From positions 78,466 to 142,465 of the forward strand of contig JAANOX010000046.1 in the NCBI GenBank assembly GCA_020184695.1: a DNA stretch of 64,000 nucleotides, written 5' to 3'. Positions within the stretch are counted from its first letter, which is position 1. Each line of letters starts with the position of its first letter. This document shows, piece by piece, positions 21,703-30,042 of this stretch. A model generated the notes under the pieces. It was not told where the DNA came from, made no database searches, and saw only the letters and a program-made list of their open reading frames with translations. Both the position numbers and the translations under genes were made by a program. Source of the stretch: Histomonas meleagridis 2922-C6/04-290x. Lineage: Eukaryota > Protista > Parabasalia.

Positions 21703-22899
21703 ATCTTTAATGTTAATATCAAATTCTTTCCTTTCGAGAAGTATTTTAACAACATCAATATAACCATTTTTACATGCATTCGCAAGATCTGTTTTAGATA
21801 CTTTTAAGAACATATTGTCGAAAAGATAGTCAAAAAGTTCTTTATTTCCAAAAAATGATTTTATTTTACATAAATCAATTGAAATTGGTTTTTTCTCAAG
21901 AAGATACATAGTAATAAATAAATTACCTGTTTCTATTGCAGTATTCATGATGGAAACATTGGTGTTTAGTCCTTCTTGAATTAAAAACGAAAATATTTCA
22001 TAATTATTATATAAAATACATATAATTCCTAATTCAGTTAGACCATTAATTTCTTCTAATTTGTTTTCATAAAGATATTTAAAGATATCATTATTATGAA
22101 ATTTAATTGCTGTTTCATATGTTTTATAAAACGATGAATGATTTTGTTCGCATAGATGAATGATTTCTTCATTCCCGCCTGCTATTGCAAATTTACCTGT
22201 GTTATATATATCTGCACCATTCATAAGTAAATATTTAAAACATTTAACTGATCCGAAAAATGCTGCATAATCAATTAATGAAACATTTTCTTTGTTAACA
22301 AATGAATGTTTTTCATAAAGTGATGGTTCAATTTTTTGATCAAAATCAAAATAACTATGTGATGATATTTCTTGAAGTTTTCCTATTTCATCATTTCGAA
22401 TGATTTTTGTAATTTCATTTGGATTATGTCCTTCTTTAATTAACTTCTTGTGAAGTTCATAATCATTCTGTGAAAGTTCGTCAGAAATAAAATTATTGGA
22501 AAACTGATCAGATTTATTTTTATTTGATATGTTTTCACAAATTGTTGGATCTATAATTTCATTTTCTATCATTTTTTCTATCAGATAATTTGATTCTTGC
22601 TTTTTGCTTATATTAAGAAGAATCTGTATGAATTGTAAATTAATTTTTTCTTTAGTTTTAAGTTCTTTTAGAAAAACGAAAAATGCTTCAACATTATCTT
22701 GTGATAAAAAATATGAATATAAAAGGTTACATGTTATTAAAGTAAATGAATATGAGTATTTTTCATCAAAATAACTTAAGTAAGATTCAATTGATTCATT
22801 AATATTATTCAAATTTAAACCAAAAATAACTTGCTCCATAAGTTGCAACATTTGAAGGCTATTATTACTTTCTTCCGTTTGGCTTTGATTTCCTCCCAT
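21667..22899 (-). CDS. DUF3447-ankyrin protein, locus 1, first open block (the ORF ends inside the first spacer)
   Basis: EGHNPNEITKIIRND..SLIDYAAFFGSVKCFKYL..FAIAGGNEEIIHLCEQ is typical of trichomonad DUF3447 proteins. It ends with an ankyrin repeat, then reads into the spacer. Confidence 0.85.
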   Translation of the reverse strand: MGGNQSQTEESNNSLQMLQLMEQVIFGLNLNNINESIESYLSYFDEKYSYSFTLITCNLLYSYFLSQDNVEAFFVFLKELKTKEKINLQFIQILLNISKKQESNYLIEKMIENEIIDPTICENISNKNKSDQFSNNFISDELSQNDYELHKKLIKEGHNPNEITKIIRNDEIGKLQEISSHSYFDFDQKIEPSLYEKHSFVNKENVSLIDYAAFFGSVKCFKYLLMNGADIYNTGKFAIAGGNEEIIHLCEQNHSSFYKTYETAIKFHNNDIFKYLYENKLEEINGLTELGIICILYNNYEIFSFLIQEGLNTNVSIMNTAIETGNLFITMYLLEKKPISIDLCKIKSFFGNKELFDYLFDNMFLKVSKTDLANACKNGYIDVVKILLERKEFDINIKDEIYLKKYYVSK

Positions 22900-23067
22900 T
22901 AAAAAATTAGTCTATCGCAAAACTATTTTTTAAATTAAATCTCTATCGTTCATCTGATTTTAAACGGTCGTCTGAAGGAATCTGTAAAAGAAAGTTCAAA
23001 AAAATGTTAATTTAATTATAATTAAAGATTAAAAAATAAAAAATAGTATTACACTAAGTATTTTATT

Positions 23068-23469
23068 TTATGGAATTTCGTTTAACAATGAAGATATATT
23101 CAAAATATCAAAACAAGAATTATAATTATAGTTTTGCTGATATGAAATCCCCGGAAACATAAAATGAGTCTGTTCAATTGATGGGCTAGTTGTACTAGGT
23201 TGTATTGGTACAAATGATTGTATGTAATTTGGATCGCTACTAATAGGACTGAGATTTGGAAAAGGAAATTGGCAAACACCTAGCTGATAAGGAGGTGTGC
23301 TTGGATTTCCCAGTGGATCATCTATTAAACCTTGGTTACTAATTTCATCCAAAATTTCCAACGCTCTAGGAGTAAATTTTCCATTGTTGAAATCTAAAAC
23401 GTATGTTGTTCCACGCGGAGTGAATGTAATTCTGTGATTTTGTTTAAATCCTGTTGGTCTTCTTCCCAT
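23068..23469 (-). CDS. Hypothetical 133-aa protein, P/Q/S-rich C-terminus
   Basis: ATG-initiated ORF with coding-like composition in an AT-rich context. No recognisable domain. Confidence 0.6.
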   Translation of the reverse strand: MGRRPTGFKQNHRITFTPRGTTYVLDFNNGKFTPRALEILDEISNQGLIDDPLGNPSTPPYQLGVCQFPFPNLSPISSDPNYIQSFVPIQPSTTSPSIEQTHFMFPGISYQQNYNYNSCFDILNISSLLNEIP

Positions 23470-24883
23470 GAAAAAAATGCTATTTTGGCATAAATTTTTA
23501 GAACAGCCAAAGATTTTGTCAATCGGGAGTTATTGATTCAATTTTTCTGATTAATCTGAATAACCTTTTCAAAAATCCTGATACCATAAAAAAACGGTGG
23601 AAAAGTTGACGTTCTAAACTTTAAAATTTGAATTCATCGTAATAATTATTGCTGGCACATTTTCTGTTACAGAAAAACTTTTAATTAATGTATATTTCAT
23701 TCACCAAATCGTGTTAATAAACTCGAACGACGTAATCAATTTAAAAAATTTATTATCACTATTAAGTAGTACTCGATCGAAATTTGATATCATTTAAAAT
23801 CTCAAAACCTACTAATAAAGTTTATAGTATTACACCTGACATTATTGATGATATTCCTGCCTACTCTTATGCAGGAGATTTTGTCGAAAACAGATTTTTT
23901 TAATATTGCTGATCATGGTCCAACAACAAAAGGCAACAAAATTTATGCACTGAATGTTCACTTTACTTCTCATATCAGTCAAAATGATGAAAATGCTTTA
24001 TTTCGAATTAGAATTAATTCTGATAGTAATTATAATTTCTATCTAATTCACCAAATGGTATATGTATAAAATTGATTTTCGAAAATTTAGGAACATTTAT
24101 TAGAATGCTATCAAGATAAAGTAGTCTAATTGTGGTTAAACATTTAATGCATTTGCGATTAAGAATCAATTTTAAACATCGCAAAGCACAACACTTTTCA
24201 TAAAGTGCCATAGGTCGGTAGTATCTGATGTTTAAACTTGTTACTTTTTAAGATATCCACTTTTCGATTATTTCATTGGAATAATTTTCGCTTCGCTCAA
24301 AAAGTGTTTTGACATAATGCTAATATCTAAAATCTTATATTATAAAATCAAATACAATTATCATCCCCATATCAAACGAACTAAATTTATATGAATTTTG
24401 GAAGTCAAATAAAATTGCATTTATATAACCAGGTAATGATGCTTAAGTGAATCTAATTTTCCGATTTTTATATTTTTTATGCATTTTGAGTTCTACTTAT
24501 AGTGCATGTTTATTTAGATGTTAAAAGTTTAAACTAAGTTTCGAAAAAAATATACCAATTATCATTCTCACTAAATTTTTATATTCTTCATAATTATTAT
24601 TAAGAAATTATTTATAGAAAATAGTTTGGAAATTATTCACGAGACATCTTCGTTTTATTAATTTTTATTTGAATGTTATCGTCAATTACGATAAAACAAA
24701 TTTGAATGCATGTCTGTCACTTTTTTATCAGGATAATATCATCGATGATATTTAGATCGATCTAATGTTGAATAACAATTGCGGTTTCATCATCATCGAT
24801 GACGAAAAACGGCAAACGATACGTCATCGCCGATCAACTTGCCAATTAATACTATATATTAAACTCGACTTGCGATTTCCACC

Positions 24884-24958
24884 CATCGTATATAGCGATC
24901 ATCCTACGATCTTGATATCATAAATATATAACATATATACATAGTTACATCTATGATC
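24884..24958 (+). repeat. About 75-bp diverged direct repeat, second copy at about 25876-25957
   Basis: atcgtatat.gcg.tcatc.tacgatcttgatat...atacatagtt.catctat is shared by both copies. Confidence 0.7.
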
Positions 24959-25746
24959 AATAAAAAACTAAGAATAATATCATAATTAGCACGAGATAAA
25001 TTTATTCTTTCATTCCAAAAAGTGACAAAAATCGTCTTTTGCATGGTTTATATCAAACGATAGCAGTAACGATAAGTGACGATAGAAGCGAACTTGAATG
25101 ATGGTAAATATTATCAAATTTTTACCCTTTTCTCGAAAAGATACGTTATTAATTTACATCATTGTAATTTGTCAACAGCCAAATTAAATGATTCTTGGTT
25201 TATTAAAAAATAAAAATATTGATATTTTATCATAGAATCGTGATTTGTTATTTATTCCAAATAATTATATGATATCTTGATTTTCTTGAATTTATGAATT
25301 TATTGAAAAAATGAATGATGTGATAATTTTCGTAATACCTTGATGATGTACTTATTCAACCTGATTAATAATTTATAAATTATTATAAACAACAATAAAA
25401 ATGTTTCTGTGTAGATACACATTCTTGAAATATCTTAGAACGAACGATACATTTTTTTCTGAAAAAACGATTATTCATCATTGAATTTATTTGATGATTT
25501 TTTTTTTTAATTTTTGTATTAGCAAAATGTCCGATTTTATTTAATGAATCTCTATACAAATGCAATTTGCACATTATCTTTAAAATACTGACTTGAGATG
25601 CATTTATTGATTCCTTTTATCTCGTATTACTCATGTGCTTTCAAATTTTAAATATATTACATTTTTCAATTTATTTGACATTCTATGTAATGATGTTGAT
25701 TTCTCTATTTTTCTGAATATGATTCAATACCACGGTTTCTTTGGCA

Positions 25747-25845
25747 AGCTTTATTCTGAAATTGTCTTTGAGCACGATACGAGCTGATTGAGTGATTTTT
25801 ATACGTCCACTCATTCAAATTTGACTTCGAACCAATTGAACATGT
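25747..25845 (+). repeat. About 100-bp dispersed repeat shared with 44282-44389; lies 3' of ankyrin blocks at both sites
   Basis: gagctgattgagtgat...cgtcca.tcattcaaatttgacttcgaacc is present at both loci. Confidence 0.85.
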
Positions 25846-25958
25846 ATAATGATATCAATAACTTAGAATCGGATTATAATCGTATATGGCGTTCATCATA
25901 CGATCTTGATATTATAGATATTATATATAATATATAAATACATAGTTGCATCTATAAC

Positions 25959-26080
25959 ATCTTTATCGAACGAACAATTTTTTTTTTCTTGAATATTTTT
26001 AAATTTATTTTTATCTTCCTAAAATTCATTTAAAAGCCTAAATATTTTTCATAATTTATTTTGTAAAATCAATTTATCAA
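25959..26080 (-). repeat. Left arm of a 121-bp near-perfect inverted repeat (right arm 29363-29483) bracketing ankyrin locus 2
   Basis: The reverse complement of 25959-26080 matches 29363-29483 with about 3 differences (hand alignment). Confidence 0.9.
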
Positions 26081-27985
26081 GAATATTTAATACTTTTAGA
26101 ATTAACATCTTGTTTAATGAGTAATTTAACTATTTCTAGGTGACCATTTTCAGATGCATTTATAAGTGCTGTTCTAAATAATTTGAATAATTTCCAAATA
26201 TTGTTATAAAATAATATGTTGTTAAAATAAATAACAAATAAAATATATTAATACTTTTAGCATTAACATTAATTCCTTTTTGTGCAAGAAGTCATTTAAT
26301 TATTTCTATATCACCTTTTCAGATGCTAAAATAAGTGCTTATCATGATATTTCTCAAGTAATTTAACTACTTCAGTATGACCTTTTTGAATTGCTAATAT
26401 AAATGCTGTATCAAATGATTTAAATAATTTCCAAATATTATTTTGAAATATAAAATTATTATAATAAATTTTAAATAGATCAAATAAATATTTTTAGTAT
26501 TAATATCAATTCCTTTTTGTTCAAGAAGTAATTTAACTATTTCTGTACGACCATTATAAGATGCATTCATAAGTGCTGTTTCAAATAATTTAAATAATTT
26601 CCGTATATCGTTTTGAAATATAAAATTATTAAAATAAATAATATCTTTAGCATTGGTATCAATTCCTTCTTGTTCAAGAAGTAATTTAACTATTTCTGTA
26701 TGACCATTTTCAGATGCTTTCATAAGTGCTGTTTTAAATAATTTAAATAATTTCCAAATATTATTTTTAAACATCGAATTATTAAAATAAATATCAAATA
26801 AAACAAATAAATATTTTTAGTATTAATATCAATTCCTTCTTGTTCAAGAAGTAATTTAACTATTTCTATATGACCATTCCAAGATGCCCACATAAGTGCT
26901 GTCCAAAATAATTTAAATAATTTCCAAATATTATTTTGAAATATAAAATTATTATAATAAATATCAAATAAAACAAATAAATATTTTTAGTATTAATATC
27001 AATTCCTTCTTGTTCAAGAAGTAATTTAACTATTTCTGTATGACCATACATAGATGCTTTAATAAGTGCTGTTTTAAATAATTTAAATAATTTCCAAATA
27101 TTATTTTTAAACATCGAATTATTAAAATAAATATCAAATAAAACAAATAAATATTTTTAGTATTAATATCAATTCCTTCTTGTTCAAGAAGTAATTTAAC
27201 TATTTCTGTATGACCATACATAGATGCTTTAATAAGTGCTGTTTTAAATAATTTAAATAATTTCCAAATATTATTTTTAAACATCGAATTATTAAAATAA
27301 ATATCAAATAAAACAAATAAATATTTTTAGTATTAATATCAATTCCTTTTTGTTCAAGAAGTAATTTAACTATTTCTGTACGACCATTATAAGATGCATT
27401 CATAAGTGCTGTTTCAAATAATTTATATAATTTCCAAATATTATTTTGAAATTCTAAATTATTAAAATAAATCTTAAACAAAACATATAAATATTTTTAG
27501 TATTAATATCAATTCCTTTTTGCTCAAGAAGTAATTTAACGATTTCTGTTCTACCATTCTCAGATGCCCACATAAGTGCTGTTCTAAATAATTTAAATAA
27601 TTTCCAAATATTATTTTGAAATACCAAATTATTAAAATAAATTTTATCTTTAGTATTAATATCAATTCCTTTTTGTACGAGAAGTAATTTAACAATTTCT
27701 AAATGACCACTTATTGATGATTTTACAAGTGCTGTTTCAAATATTTTAAATAATTTCCAAATGTTATTTTGAAATATAAAATTATTAATAGAATCATTAA
27801 TATAATAAAAAAAATATTTCGAACATTGATTTTAATTTTTTTCTGTTTAAGAAGATATTTAACAACTTCAATATGTCCATTTTTAGAAGCTATTATAAAT
27901 GCTGTATTAAAAAATTTAAATATTTACCAAATGTTATTATAATATATCATATTATTCAAACAAATTTCAAATATATTTTAGAAAC
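26080..27985 (-). repeat. Interrupted ankyrin array, locus 2: 170-nt period (90-nt coding block + 80-nt spacer) with two 63-nt spacer variants
   Basis: Nine full 30-codon blocks start at 27905, 27735, 27582, 27412, 27242, 27072, 26902, 26732 and 26579. Then a truncated block (26409), a frameshifted one with TGA, and a terminal block (26172). Spacers are 80,80,63,80,80,80,80,80,63,80 and 80 nt. Confidence 0.95.
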
Positions 27986-29200
27986 ATCCTTCATATTAAC
28001 ATCAATATTTTTATTTTTAATAACGTATTCAACAAGTTCTACATTACCTGATCTTGCAAATGATATAAACACATTATTTAGCAATTTTTTATTATCATCA
28101 AGAAAACATTTCATAATGAATAAATTTCCTAGAAATGAAAACTCATTCATAAATGTTTCAAATTTCATTTTTTCAATTTCATACAAATATAAAAGAATTT
28201 CATACGAATTATTTAAAATACATTTTTTATAAAACAATTTCAAATCGATAGTTTTAATAATATTATTTTCATAAAGATATTTAAAGATATCATTTCGATG
28301 AAATTCAATCGCTATTTCATATGATCCATAAAATGATGAATGATTTTGTTCACACAAATGAATAATTTCAAGATTTCCACCTGCAACTGCATATTTACCT
28401 GTATCATTTACATTAGCATTATTCATAAGTAAATATTTAAAACATTTAACTGATCCAAAAAATGCTGCATAATCAATTAATTGAACATTTTCTTGATTAA
28501 TAAATGAACATCTTTCATAAATTGATGGCTCAATATATTGATTAAAGTCAAATTTTGTTTGTGATGAAATTTCTTGAAGTTTTTCTATGTCATCATTTCG
28601 AATTATTTTTACCATTTCATTCGGATTAACTCCTTCTTTAATTAATTGCTTATGAAGTTCCCAATTGTTCTTTGAAAGTTGCTCATGGTTTTTAAAAAAT
28701 GGATTATATTTTTCAACATTATTACATAAAATTAAATGTTTCACATATAATTTTTTTATATAATGATAATCTGTTTTTGTCATTAAATGCATAAAATATA
28801 AAGAGTTTCTTTTGATTAATAAGTTATCATTAATTAAATTGTATTCAGACAGTTTTTTTAAAAGATAATCTGCTTCTTGAGTAGGAATGAAAAGAAGAAA
28901 ATTTGTGAAAATGTTTATTATGTGAAATTTACAATATTGTTCATATTTTCTTGATAATGCTTCTAAAAAATTAAAGTAAACATCAAATTCATTCAACCGT
29001 GAAACAAACGCTGAATACACTAATTGACATGAAATAGAAAAAACTGAATATGGATAATTTTGTCCAAACAAACTAAAAATTGATTCAACTGATTCTTTAA
29101 CGTTATTACAATTCAATTTCAAAACAATTTCTTCAAGTGACTTTAAGTTTAATATTTCATTTACTATTGCTTCTGGAGATCTTTTGCTTAAGGGTTTCAT
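27956..29200 (-). CDS. DUF3447-ankyrin protein, locus 2, first open block (paralog of 21667-22899)
   Basis: EGVNPNEMVKIIRNDD..QLIDYAAFFGSVKCFKYL..YAVAGGNLEIIHLCEQ. The ORF ends inside the first 80-nt spacer. Confidence 0.85.
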   Translation of the reverse strand: MKPLSKRSPEAIVNEILNLKSLEEIVLKLNCNNVKESVESIFSLFGQNYPYSVFSISCQLVYSAFVSRLNEFDVYFNFLEALSRKYEQYCKFHIINIFTNFLLFIPTQEADYLLKKLSEYNLINDNLLIKRNSLYFMHLMTKTDYHYIKKLYVKHLILCNNVEKYNPFFKNHEQLSKNNWELHKQLIKEGVNPNEMVKIIRNDDIEKLQEISSQTKFDFNQYIEPSIYERCSFINQENVQLIDYAAFFGSVKCFKYLLMNNANVNDTGKYAVAGGNLEIIHLCEQNHSSFYGSYEIAIEFHRNDIFKYLYENNIIKTIDLKLFYKKCILNNSYEILLYLYEIEKMKFETFMNEFSFLGNLFIMKCFLDDNKKLLNNVFISFARSGNVELVEYVIKNKNIDVNMKDVSKIYLKFV

Positions 29201-29225
29201 TTTGCCACTTTCGAATAAAAAAGCA

Positions 29226-29244
29226 TTTGAATGAAATAACCGCT
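29226..29244 (-). promoter_or_regulatory. M3-like (AGCGGTTA) plus Inr-like (TCATTC) core promoter of ankyrin locus 2
   Basis: Minus-strand AGCGGTTA at 29244-29237 and TCATTCAAA at 29234-29226, 26-44 nt upstream of ATG 29200. Matches the Trichomonas vaginalis M3 and Inr consensus. Confidence 0.55.
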
Positions 29245-29362
29245 AACGATAACGTAGTAAAACCCGTTATAATTTGAGCGCATCGTTTCGGTTTGTGTAA
29301 ACAAAATAATTACAATAAGAATAAATTTTTGTTCTCTTTTTCTTTGTTATATTATAAATCTT

Positions 29363-29483
29363 TTGATAAATTGATTTTACATAATAAATCATGAAAATAT
29401 TTAGGCTTTTAAATGAATTTTAGGAAGATAAAAATAAATTTAAAAATATTCAAGAAAAAAAAAATTGTTCGTTCGATAAAGAT
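29363..29483 (+). repeat. Right arm of the 121-bp inverted repeat
   Basis: See the left arm at 25959-26080. Confidence 0.9.
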
Positions 29484-30042
29484 TTGTTTAGGTAAAGGAC
29501 TAACACCGAGATTCATCAATGATTTTATCAACATATGACGATAAAATGATTGAAATGGATTCATAGTTAAATATCACATTTCTTGTGCTGATTTTGTTAT
29601 AGATTTCTTGATAACTCAAAATACTATTTTGTTTAGTTTAATGATGACGAATTAAAAAAATAATACGAAGTGAAATAATTAAAATAATTATAACACAAAC
29701 AATAATAAAATAATATTACAAATAAATAAAACATAAATTTTTTGATTAAGCACCATTTTTATTTTATAAAAAAAAAAAAATAAAATAATTAAAATTATGA
29801 CAAATTTCGGATTTGGATCACAATTTGTTATATAAATATTTTATGAATAAATGCGAGTTAATGCTCAGTGAATAAGAGTATAACAACATCCTGATGTTTC
29901 AGAAAAGTAATTTGGAAAAAACCACAAAAAGTGACACAGGTGTGCAAACGTACGTTTCAAAAATATTTCCTTCACAATAACCGAAATATTCTCACAATCA
30001 ATCTTTATCAAAAACACATATCATAAATTTTTTACAAGCTAG

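Noticed and set aside
26895-26985. Reading the ankyrin spacers as ordinary GT-AG or U12 AT-AC introns (GT in TTTGTTTT; AG or AC in ACAGCA)
   Set aside because: These junctions would delete the conserved Thr/Ala codons or break the frame. The GT is absent from many units, one unit has ACACCT (no AG), and there is no ACTAAC or TCCTTAAC branch motif.
26394-27695. ORF-track proteins such as MFKNNIWKLFKLFKTAL...IFGNYLNYLKQHL
   Set aside because: Not independent genes. They are chimeric read-throughs of ankyrin blocks and spacers in shifting frames.
26080-27985. CRISPR-like repeat-spacer appearance of the 170-nt period array
   Set aside because: Eukaryotic context, both alternating parts are homologous between units, the 90-nt part encodes ankyrin, and there are no cas genes.
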